Source of the DNA: Bacteroidia bacterium
GTDB taxonomy: Bacteria; Bacteroidota; Bacteroidia; NS11-12g; UBA955
DNA: 64,000 bases
NCBI GenBank assembly: GCA_041391605.1
Contig: JAWKNQ010000008.1
Coordinates: forward strand, 10,732 to 74,731
Direction: 5' to 3'
Both the position numbers and the translations under genes were made by a program. The notes beneath the pieces were generated by a model. The model ran no database searches. It saw nothing but the letters and a program-made list of their open reading frames with translations, and had not been told where the DNA came from. This document shows, piece by piece, positions 22,539 to 32,926 of the stretch; the first letter of the stretch is position 1, and each line of letters begins with the position of its first letter.

Positions 22539-23092
22539 AAGTAGGATTGTTTTTCGGTTCTTTCAACCCCATACACATGGGACACCTTAGCATAGCTCAA
22601 TACATCTTAAATGAAACTGAAATTGAATCGGTACATTTTGTAGTTTCTCCTCAAAATCCGTTTAAAGAAAAAGACGAATTGATGCAGGCGGAATTGCGTT
22701 TGGAAATGGTAAGAGAATCTATAAGTGACAATCCACATATGAAGGCCTCTGACATTGAATTTAACCTTCCTCTTCCCTCTTACACATTTCAAACCTTAGA
22801 AGAACTCAGCAAAGATGAATCCCCGTTTCAATACTCGATTGTGATGGGAAGCGATACACTTGAAGATTTACCGAAATGGAAATCAGTGGAATCGATACTC
22901 GACTACCCAATTATTGTATTCAAACGCAAGCACGTTTTTAAAAATCCGTTTCCGGATCATCCAAATATCACCATTTTAGATAATCCCATCTTAAATATTT
23001 CATCTACTCTTATACGCAAAATGATTGCTGAGAAGAAAGAAATTAAATATTTGGTACGCGATGAAATCATCAATCTCTTAAATTTTAATTAA
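22535..23092 (+). CDS. nadD: nicotinate-nucleotide adenylyltransferase
   Basis: GLFFGSFNPIHMGHL and ISST.IR. It has an ATGA overlap with gmk. Confidence 0.9.
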   Translation: MKVGLFFGSFNPIHMGHLSIAQYILNETEIESVHFVVSPQNPFKEKDELMQAELRLEMVRESISDNPHMKASDIEFNLPLPSYTFQTLEELSKDESPFQYSIVMGSDTLEDLPKWKSVESILDYPIIVFKRKHVFKNPFPDHPNITILDNPILNISSTLIRKMIAEKKEIKYLVRDEIINLLNFN

Positions 23093-23101
23093 GTTTGTAG
23101 C

Positions 23102-23897
23102 ATGTCACTTGGATTTGAAATAAAAACAGCCGCTCAATACGCCTCAGAAGGCAAAACTCCAGAAGTTCTATTTTACGTAGGATGTGCCGGTAGCTTTGAT
23201 GAACGTGCTCAAAAAATCACAAAGGCATTTGCGAAGATTCTTCACCATTGCCAGGTGGATTTTGCTATCCTGGGAAGTGAAGAAGGTTGTACCGGAGATC
23301 CAGCAAAACGCGCTGGAAATGAATTCTTGTTTCAAATGCTCGCGATGAATAACATCGCTGTATTGAATGGATATGGCATTAAACGAATTGTTACTACCTG
23401 CCCGCATTGTTTCAATACCCTTAAAAACGAATATCCTTCCTTAGGTGGCGATTACCAAGTGATGCATCACACTCAGTTTTTGCAAGACCTCATTAACAAC
23501 GGCAAACTCAAAACAACGGGTGGTAGTTTTAAAGGTAAGAAAATAACCTATCACGATAGTTGTTACTCTCGGTAGAGCCAACAACGAATACATCGCGCCT
23601 AGATCTGTACTTGAAACACTGGATGCCGAATTAGTGGAAATGAAACGCTGTAAAAGCAGTGGTTTCTGTTGTGGCGCTGGTGGTGCTCAAATGTTCAAAG
23701 AAGCTGAGAAAGGTGATAAGGAAGTTAATATAGAACGCGCAGAAGAAGCGTTGTCAACAGGCGCTTCTATTGTTGCAGCTAATTGTCCATTCTGCATGAC
23801 CATGCTTAGAGATGGCGTAAAGCACCACGAAAAAGAATCGGAAGTGGAGGTTTTAGATCTTGCTGAACTTGTTGCTCAAGCAAATGATCTCATTTAA
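23102..23897 (+). pseudogene. (Fe-S)-binding oxidoreductase with two CCG (cysteine-rich) domains, single frameshift as assembled
   Basis: ORFs 23102-23575 and 23634-23897 are two halves of one protein (VGCAGSFD...TTCPHCFNTL / SGFCCGAGG...NCPFCMTML). Removing one base near 23567 (TGTTAC-T-CTCGGT) reads HDSCYLGRANNEYIAPRSVLETLDAELVEMKR and joins them. Confidence 0.85.
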
Positions 23898-23921
23898 TTC
23901 AATTTCCTTTAACCTACTTCA

Positions 23922-24322
23922 TCAAAAAGATAACTCGTTTTTTTATAAGCATTTCTTTTCAGCATTCGTCTCTGGCGAATGAAGTTCTGCTTTAGTTTTC
24001 ATTTTCTTTTAGTGTTTCGTAACATTTCAAACTTAGGACATCTAACATAATTTCTCCGCTTGTGCAGCGGGCCGCACTAACTTTTCTTTTGGTAAAGAAA
24101 AGTTAGCATAAGAAAACCTTGCACCTGCATGCATTGTTAGGCAGAGCCTTGTCACGGTGTCCGGTAAATCGACCCTATTGAGCCGATCTCCGCTATCCAG
24201 CCGAGCTGTCTCATTGGGTCCCCGATTTACTCGAACACCGCGTCACCACAATCCATGAACAGGTGCCGTGTCCTATTCAGCTTTATCGTTTAGCTTAAAA
24301 ATCCAGTTTCCCTTTCGTTTCT
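23922..24322. repeat. ~400-bp noncoding structured repeat, copy C (same orientation as A and B)
   Basis: Its core at about 24053-24275 aligns base-for-base with copies A and B, with a handful of substitutions. It is preceded by TCAAAAAGAT, which is also the A/B junction string. Confidence 0.9.
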
Positions 24323-24431
24323 AGACAGTATAATAGACATGTACTTAAACAGTGATCTAAAAGATCTGATTAAGTTTTAGAAAGAAAATAGATTATTATT
24401 TGATTTGGAAATACTCAAGAACAGCGTTCTG

Positions 24432-24668
24432 CTAATCTTGATTGTCTCTCCATTCGTAGACCCACTGACTCTGGATCATTTCTAAATGCCCCTCATTGCA
24501 CTCTTCTCGTGTGCCTTTGAAGTTCGGAAGCTCCAATACCCATTCTAACAATTCGGTAAAACGAATGCGGTAAATCTTAGGTTCGCCAAACTCGTCTCCA
24601 AATTTTTCATACAATGCAATTGCAATGTCTTCGTAATCCTTCCAGTATATTGGTAATTCGTATGCCAT
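24432..24668 (-). CDS. iscX: Fe-S cluster assembly protein IscX-like
   Basis: 78-aa acidic ORF with the pattern W.DYEDIAIALYEKF......IRFTEL..WV..L..F....E......LE.IQ..W, downstream of fdx. Confidence 0.7.
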   Translation of the reverse strand: MAYELPIYWKDYEDIAIALYEKFGDEFGEPKIYRIRFTELLEWVLELPNFKGTREECNEGHLEMIQSQWVYEWRDNQD

Positions 24669-24695
24669 GTATTTTGTGATTTTAAATTTTAGAAA

Positions 24696-25025
24696 TTAGT
24701 GCCCTATGATTTGTGATTGATCTGGAATGGTTACTACCAAGTCTGTGTCTTCTAATAACACACATTGGCAAGCTAAACGCGAGTTGAACTTCGGATTGCG
24801 AGCGCGGTCTACAAAGTCTTCTTCCTTCTCAGAAATTTCTTCCAATGAATCAGCTCCCTCTTCCACATAGATATGACAGGTAGAACAAGCACAAACAGCA
24901 CCGCAGTTGTGGTGAAGATTTACATCGTTGTCTAATGCAACATCTAAAATCATTTCACCTTTATCCATCTCAACGGTGAGTGAATTCTTGTCCTTTTCTT
25001 CGAAGTTAAATGTAATCTTAGGCAT
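24696..25025 (-). CDS. fdx: 2Fe-2S ferredoxin (adrenodoxin/ISC type)
   Basis: 109-aa ORF with CGAVCACSTCH...LACQ cysteine ligands. Confidence 0.88.
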   Translation of the reverse strand: MPKITFNFEEKDKNSLTVEMDKGEMILDVALDNDVNLHHNCGAVCACSTCHIYVEEGADSLEEISEKEEDFVDRARNPKFNSRLACQCVLLEDTDLVVTIPDQSQIIGH

Positions 25026-25152
25026 ATTTTAATCGCTGCAAAGTTAATTGATTTTCTATCATCTTTATCTCATGTATCACTTTTAACAATACATATATAA
25101 TGCTGGCATATATTGGAACTAAATTCACTTCCAACACTATATCCCGCAGGTG

Positions 25153-26811
<1,659 letters not shown>

Positions 26812-26987
26812 TTATACGCTTGAATTAGAGATTTCATTTTATACAAGTTTAAGACGCTCAAATCCTTGCAAATACAGACCAATTACTCGCCTTTCGTTTA
26901 CATGATAAAGGTCATGAAAAGAACTGAGAACTGTCACTCATTTTCTAATTAATAAAAACGAACTTGGTCCCTTAATTATCACACCTT

Positions 26988-27743
26988 ATGAATAATTCTT
27001 TTAAAGACAAAGTCGTTGTTGTAACTGGCTCATCCTTTGGTATCGGCAGAGCTACTGCTATACATTTCGCCATGAAAGGTGCCAACTTAGTTTTGGCTGA
27101 TTGGGAAGAAGATGTAGATACCATGCATTTTGTTAAAGCACACGGGGTGGATGTTATTTTCGTTAAATGCGATGTGTCCAAAGCAAGTGATGTTCAAAAC
27201 ATGATTCAATCTGCCGTCAAAAAATTCGGTCGCATTGATTATGCTTTTAACAATGCCGGCATCGAAGGTATTCAAGGAAATACGGCAGCTTGCACAGAAG
27301 AAAATTGGGACAAAGTGCTTTCCATTAACCTGAAAGGTGTTTGGTTGTGTATGAAATACGAAATTGAAGAAATGCTAAAGCAAGGCAAAGGTGCCATTGT
27401 AAACAATGCTTCAGTGGCAGGCTTAATCGGCTTTCAAAATGTACCCGCCTATGTTGCGAGCAAACACGGCGTAATCGGTTTAACTAAAACCGCTGCCCTC
27501 GAATACGCCAAACAAGGATTGCGCATCAATGCCGTTTGTCCGGGTGTAATTAAAACAGCCATGATAGATCGCATGACTGGCAAAGAAAAGGAAGTTGAAA
27601 AACAATTTGAAGCAATGGAACCAATTGGTCGCATGGGTGAACCAGTAGAGGTAGCAAATGCTGTTGTTTGGTTGTGCTCGGATGAAGCATCTTTTATAAC
27701 TGGAACTGCCATGCCAGTAGATGGAGGATATGTTGCCGCATAA
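26988..27743 (+). CDS. SDR family oxidoreductase
   Basis: TGSSFGIGRA, NNAG and the catalytic Y..SK (YVASKHG). Confidence 0.88.
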   Translation: MNNSFKDKVVVVTGSSFGIGRATAIHFAMKGANLVLADWEEDVDTMHFVKAHGVDVIFVKCDVSKASDVQNMIQSAVKKFGRIDYAFNNAGIEGIQGNTAACTEENWDKVLSINLKGVWLCMKYEIEEMLKQGKGAIVNNASVAGLIGFQNVPAYVASKHGVIGLTKTAALEYAKQGLRINAVCPGVIKTAMIDRMTGKEKEVEKQFEAMEPIGRMGEPVEVANAVVWLCSDEASFITGTAMPVDGGYVAA

Positions 27744-27744
27744 T

Positions 27745-29070
27745 ATGAATAAAGAAATTCAATACGTCAGTGCCGAAAAGGCCATTCAGAATATTTCTAG
27801 TGGAGATCGCGTGTTTATACATGGAAGCGCTGCCACTCCCCTTACCCTACTTCGTGCACTTGCCAATCGTAAAGATGAATTGCAAGACGTGGAACTTGTT
27901 AGCATGAGTACTTATGGAGGGGACATCTTTTCCGACCCTCAATTCGCTGGTCATTTCTTTATCAATTCTCTTTTTGTCTCTTCCAACGTTCGACATTTAG
28001 TAAATTCAAATGCGGGCGATTACATTCCTGTTTTCTTGAGTGAAATCCCAAGATTATTTAACGACAATATCCTTCCTTTGGATGTAGCCCTTTTAAATGT
28101 TTCACCACCTGACAAACACGGGTATTGTTCTTTGGGAACCTCTGTAGACATATGCCGATCTGCCATTCAAAATGCCACGCATGTTATTGCTCAAGTGAAT
28201 AAAGAAATGCCCCGAACACATGGCGACACGATGATACATGTGAGCAATTTCGACTCCATGGTTTTGGTGGATGAAGAACTTCCTGAGGTGAGTTATCAAA
28301 ACAAAATTGATGATGCCGCCATGAAAATCGGAAATTACTGCGCTGAACTTATTGAAGACCGTTCAACCCTTCAAATGGGCATTGGTCATATACCAGATGC
28401 CGTTTTAAAATGCTTGTCATCACATAAAGATTTAGGCATTCATACTGAAATGTTTTCGGATGGTATTTTGCCTTTAGTGGAACAAGGTATCATCACCAAT
28501 CGCTACAAGAAAAAACACCGCAATAAAATTGTAAGCAGCTTTGTTGTTGGAACTAAAAAACTTTACGATTTCGTGGACGACAACCCCATGATTGCATTTC
28601 TCGACATCGACTATGTAAACGATGCCAAAGTAATTCGAGCCAACCCAAAAGCGGTCTCTATAAATTCAGCATTAGAAATAGACATCACCGGACAAGTCTG
28701 TTCGGATTCAATAGGCACTTATCAATATTCCGGTGTAGGTGGTCAAATTGATTTTATGCGAGGGGCTGCACTTTCGGAAGGCGGCAAACCCATTATTGCT
28801 ATGAAATCGGTTACACATACCGGTGAATCTAAAATTGCAGCCTGTTTAAAAACGGGTGCTGGTGTAGTTACTTCACGTGCTCACATGCATTATATTGTGA
28901 CAGAATATGGTGTTGCTAATTTATTCGGGAAAAACTTAACGCAAAGAGCCAAAGCATTAATTCAAGTAGCACATCCAGATCACAGAGCACACTTAGAAGA
29001 AGAAGTTCTCAAACGTTTTGGAAAACAATACCATCAGATTCCACATTCTTCCAATTCAAGTAAAAATTAA
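27745..29070 (+). CDS. acetyl-CoA hydrolase/transferase family protein (4-hydroxybutyrate CoA-transferase-like)
   Basis: Motifs LQMGIGHIPDAV, INSALEIDITGQV and SGVGGQIDF. The ATG at 27745 lies directly after the SDR stop and is preferred over the track start at 27721. Confidence 0.85.
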   Translation: MNKEIQYVSAEKAIQNISSGDRVFIHGSAATPLTLLRALANRKDELQDVELVSMSTYGGDIFSDPQFAGHFFINSLFVSSNVRHLVNSNAGDYIPVFLSEIPRLFNDNILPLDVALLNVSPPDKHGYCSLGTSVDICRSAIQNATHVIAQVNKEMPRTHGDTMIHVSNFDSMVLVDEELPEVSYQNKIDDAAMKIGNYCAELIEDRSTLQMGIGHIPDAVLKCLSSHKDLGIHTEMFSDGILPLVEQGIITNRYKKKHRNKIVSSFVVGTKKLYDFVDDNPMIAFLDIDYVNDAKVIRANPKAVSINSALEIDITGQVCSDSIGTYQYSGVGGQIDFMRGAALSEGGKPIIAMKSVTHTGESKIAACLKTGAGVVTSRAHMHYIVTEYGVANLFGKNLTQRAKALIQVAHPDHRAHLEEEVLKRFGKQYHQIPHSSNSSKN

Positions 29071-29228
29071 ACCCCTTAAGAGTATGAGCAAAGGAAAAAA
29101 CCCTGAAAAATCTAAAGAAAACTTCAAAATCACTGAAGAAAAACAGTATCAAAAAAAGGTGAAGCGCATTCAAGTGGAGAAACAAACGCAACTCAAAGAA
29201 GAGAAAAAACCGTCGAAGAAATAGAATG

Positions 29229-30074
29229 CTAAGCGCTCGCTAAAGGAACATCTGCTCCTTTGCTGATGTCTGCCCATGCGTCGAAGTCTTTCTTCAAATC
29301 GATTAATTTCTGATTGGCGCCGTTGTATGCACCCATTCCTAGCAAGAGATACAAAGGTGGTTCTGCTGATTCATATGCTGCCACAATTGCTTCTGCTGCT
29401 TTATTAGGATCTCCAGGTTGATTCCCACTGCGACTTCGAATGGCGGCCATATTTGCAGCTGCCGTTTCTTTATAGTCTTCTAGTTCAACTGGTGTCTCAA
29501 ATGCAGAACGCCCTGCCCAATCAGTTCTAAATCCACTTGGACAAATAACAGTGACATGTATATTCAAATGCGCTACTTCTTTTGCCAATGCTTCTGAATA
29601 ACCATTTACAGCAAACTTAGTGGCGTTGTAAAAACTCACGCCTGGGAATCCAACCAAACCTCCAATCGAAGACACATTGAATACATGCCCACTTTTTTGT
29701 TGGCGCATAATCGGCAATAAGCCTGCAGTCAACTCCGTTAATCCAAAGAAATTTACCTCAAACATTTTGCGAGCTATTTTCATCTCAGCTTCTTCGGCAG
29801 ATGAGAAATATCCAATACCAGCATTGTTAACTAAAACATCAATTCGTCCGAAGAACTTTGGAGCTTGCTCGATGCAGTTTTGTATCGATGCTTGATGTTC
29901 TAAATCCAACTGCACCGACTTAGCCGTTTCGGGATATTCGGAAACTAAATCCTGAACGTCTTCTAATTTACGTGCACTTAATATTGCTTTGTATCCTGTT
30001 TTTAAAACATGTATGGCGAGTGCTCGTCCAAATCCTGTTGAGCAACCGCTAATAAACCAAACTTTATCTATCAT
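29229..30074 (-). CDS. SDR family oxidoreductase
   Basis: SGCSTGFGRA, NNAG and YNATKFAV. Confidence 0.85.
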   Translation of the reverse strand: MIDKVWFISGCSTGFGRALAIHVLKTGYKAILSARKLEDVQDLVSEYPETAKSVQLDLEHQASIQNCIEQAPKFFGRIDVLVNNAGIGYFSSAEEAEMKIARKMFEVNFFGLTELTAGLLPIMRQQKSGHVFNVSSIGGLVGFPGVSFYNATKFAVNGYSEALAKEVAHLNIHVTVICPSGFRTDWAGRSAFETPVELEDYKETAAANMAAIRSRSGNQPGDPNKAAEAIVAAYESAEPPLYLLLGMGAYNGANQKLIDLKKDFDAWADISKGADVPLASA

Positions 30075-30088
30075 TTTAATTTTAAATC

Positions 30089-31489
30089 TTAAACTGTCAC
30101 ATCAGAACCGCTTGTTTTTGCAACGGCAGTTTCTGAAATTGCTTTATACCCACCATCTACTTCAACGAAATTGTGTATGCCTCTTGCCTTCAATATGGAA
30201 GCTGCAATCATACTTCTATAACCGCCTTGACAATGCAAGACAAATTCCTTTTTCGGCGTTTCGTCAAACCAATTGTTGATGTATGCCAATGGATGATTCA
30301 CTGCCCCTTTTACATGCTCAGCAGCGTATTCTGTTTCTTTTCTGACATCTATAACATCCACATCTGCATTAGACACCATGTTCTCAAACTCACTTGCTTC
30401 AATGCGATCAACGGTATCTATTTCTTTTCCTGCTTTTATCCATGCCTCTATTCCACCTTCTAAATACCCCAAGACATTGTCAAAGCCAACACGCGCTAAA
30501 CGTGTTATAGTTTCTTCTTCATCTCCAGGATTAGACACAAACACGATTGTTTGTATCACATCTACAATCATAGAACCTACCCATGGAGCAAAGTCTCCTT
30601 TCAGTCCGATGTTGATGGAACGCGGAATAAATCCTTTTGCAAAATCTCCTGCAGAACGCACATCCAAGACCAAAGCATCTGTTAAGTTAACCACTTGTTC
30701 TAATTTCTCAGGGTCTAGTGCTTGCAAGCCTTTTTCTAAAACCGAATCAAAACTGTCGTAGCCTTTTTTATTCATGGCCACATTCATTCCGAAGTATCCT
30801 GGAGGAGGTGTTAAGCCTTCTGTCACAGCTTCAATGAACGCTTGCTTATTCGGTTGGTTGAGGGCGTAATTCATTTTCTTTTGATTGCCTAATACATCCA
30901 AAGTTTCCTTCATCATATTCTTACCACAGGCAGAACCAGCACCGTGAGCAGGATACACTGTAATATCATCTGCTAGCGGCATAATTTTAGTCATTAAACT
31001 GTCGTAGAGCAAACCAGCAAGGTCTTCTTGAGTCATATCTGCAGCTTTTTGAGCTAAATCTGGGCGACCTACATCCCCTAAGAAAAGGGTATCACCACTA
31101 AATATAGCATGGTCTTTTCCATTCTCATCTTTTAGAAGATAAGTGGTACTTTCCATAGTATGACCAGGCGTGTGTAGTACCTGAATGGTAAGCGCGCCTA
31201 TTTTAAATTCTTGTCCGTCTGTTGCGATGATGCAATCAAACTCAGGAGTAGCAAGCGGACCGTATACGATTTGAGCACCGGTCTTACGACTTAAATCCAA
31301 ATGACCAGACACAAAGTCGGCGTGGAAATGGGTTTCAAAGATGTATTTGATTTTTGCACCTGCTTTTTCGGCCATATCGATATAGGGCTGAACTTCACGA
31401 AGGGGATCAAAGATGGCAGCTTCGCCATTGCTTTCAATATAGTAGGCTCCTTGAGCCAAACAACCGGTGTATATTTGTTCGATTTTCAT
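30089..31489 (-). CDS. MBL-fold persulfide-dioxygenase-like hydrolase fused to two rhodanese domains
   Basis: 466-aa ORF with ETHFHADFVSG, HTPGHT and D.LF.GDVGRPDL, followed by two rhodanese-like modules. The last has an active-site-like CQGGYRS. Confidence 0.8.
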   Translation of the reverse strand: MKIEQIYTGCLAQGAYYIESNGEAAIFDPLREVQPYIDMAEKAGAKIKYIFETHFHADFVSGHLDLSRKTGAQIVYGPLATPEFDCIIATDGQEFKIGALTIQVLHTPGHTMESTTYLLKDENGKDHAIFSGDTLFLGDVGRPDLAQKAADMTQEDLAGLLYDSLMTKIMPLADDITVYPAHGAGSACGKNMMKETLDVLGNQKKMNYALNQPNKQAFIEAVTEGLTPPPGYFGMNVAMNKKGYDSFDSVLEKGLQALDPEKLEQVVNLTDALVLDVRSAGDFAKGFIPRSINIGLKGDFAPWVGSMIVDVIQTIVFVSNPGDEEETITRLARVGFDNVLGYLEGGIEAWIKAGKEIDTVDRIEASEFENMVSNADVDVIDVRKETEYAAEHVKGAVNHPLAYINNWFDETPKKEFVLHCQGGYRSMIAASILKARGIHNFVEVDGGYKAISETAVAKTSGSDVTV

Positions 31490-31595
31490 AACGCTAAAAT
31501 GAACAACAAAGGTAAGAGAAAAAGCTAATTTTGAGCTAAAGAAAAATCTATACGGTGATAAATGAATCGATTTAGGCTTACAGGGAAAGCCCTCT

Positions 31596-31931
31596 TTAAT
31601 TCTGAGCAGAATTCCACTCTAAAATACCTCCGCGAAGGTTGTAGAGCTTAGTAAATCCGTGAGCAGCTAAATATTCGCAAGCATAAGCACTGCGAACACC
31701 ACTGCGGCAATATATCAAGTAAGTTTTAGAGGTATCTAAGTTTTTTACTTTCTCGGCAAACTCCCCGCTTTTGTAATCCATTTCAACACGAGCATTTGGA
31801 ATATAACCCGTATCTACTTCTTGAGCTGTTCGAACATCTAGAACCACGGTATCTGGCTCCGACATCTTTGCTTTAAATTCTTCAGCCGACAGATTCACGT
31901 AAACAGTATCTTTTTTTGAGTTATTAAACAT
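31596..31931 (-). CDS. single-domain rhodanese sulfurtransferase
   Basis: 111-aa ORF with the active-site loop CRSGVRS. Confidence 0.85.
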   Translation of the reverse strand: MFNNSKKDTVYVNLSAEEFKAKMSEPDTVVLDVRTAQEVDTGYIPNARVEMDYKSGEFAEKVKNLDTSKTYLIYCRSGVRSAYACEYLAAHGFTKLYNLRGGILEWNSAQN

Positions 31932-32254
31932 AACTGAATTAAACTATTAAACTGCAAAAGTAGTTGTTTCCAATTAAATAGAAGGAAATGTTTGTGTCAT
32001 ATTTTGGATGAAGCAGCTTGATTATGGCAAATAAGCAATATAACGAAACTCGCATAACGAATGCCAACTCCGAATCAGCCTAAGGCTGACGGAGAGGTTA
32101 AAGGAGAATGAGAACGAAAGCGGAAGGTTCAATTCTAGAATGGACTTCCAAGTTATCTACTTCACGTTTGGCAATATGTTTGGTGTTGTATCAGCCTAAG
32201 GCTGATGAGAAAAGTTCACCAACCAATTACCAGCATTTGTCGCTCGCGTATGTG

Positions 32255-32392
32255 TCTGAACTTGGATTTGGGGAGATTATAATGATTAACGAGAATCTAA
32301 GGCAAAAACTTCTAGCAAATCCCAGAAACGTGTCCGCCTGCGGAGGATCTCAGGAATCCAAGTTCAGACGATCGCATCACGGATGCCTTTTT
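32255..32392 (+). ncRNA. candidate small structured RNA (unclassified)
   Basis: A perfect 14-bp inverted repeat, TCTGAACTTGGATT (32255-32268) / AATCCAAGTTCAGA (32355-32368), encloses smaller hairpins (TCCGC-CT-GCGGA). It is followed by GCATC-ACG-GATGC plus CTTTTT (32374-32392), which looks like a terminator. Strand and function are inferred only. Confidence 0.3.
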
Positions 32393-32926
32393 GAACCTTC
32401 CTTTTTATGATTCCCTGTAGCAGAGTGCTGCGCTGCGCTCCGCACACGCTACAGGGTAAGCAAATTGGTATGAAAGTTTAAGGTTGATGTAAATACTCCA
32501 AATTTCGTTTAAACTTTCATGCAATTTGCTAAAATTTAACTTGTATTTCTTAGCCCAATTTCGTAACTTAATTACTGCGGCGTGCGTTTGCGATTTTCTT
32601 GTATTTTTTTTCATTTTTATTATGGTTTTTTAATTTTAGTGTTTTAACTTTGGTATAGATACTTCAAACTAAAACTATTGAAGCACTATAAAGTGGGAAG
32701 CCTTATTTTAAAAACTTCTAAGGCTCCCCCACTTTTTTAAAACTATGAAAACACTAAGGAAACATATCACCTTAAACCCAGTACACTTTGTACAAAAAAC
32801 TGAAAATGAATTTCGTCCTTTATTAAAAGGATTAATTCTTTTTCTAATTGTTTTCATTCGTTGCTTAAAAGCTTCCCTTTCTTCCTTTGTTACTTTATTC
32901 CAATCTCAAGACTACTTCGTATGTTC

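Noticed and set aside
29018-29224. A small Lys/Glu-rich ORF (46-68 aa, MSKGKNPEKSKENFKITEEKQYQKK...).
   Set aside because: Low-complexity sequence in an A-rich intergenic region between convergent genes, with no supporting signal. It could be a real small basic protein, but I cannot support it.
32108-32410. A 100-aa + strand ORF in the GC-rich junction spacer.
   Set aside because: It runs straight through several perfect palindromes and inverted repeats. It has odd composition and no start context. It is more likely a chance ORF in structured noncoding DNA.
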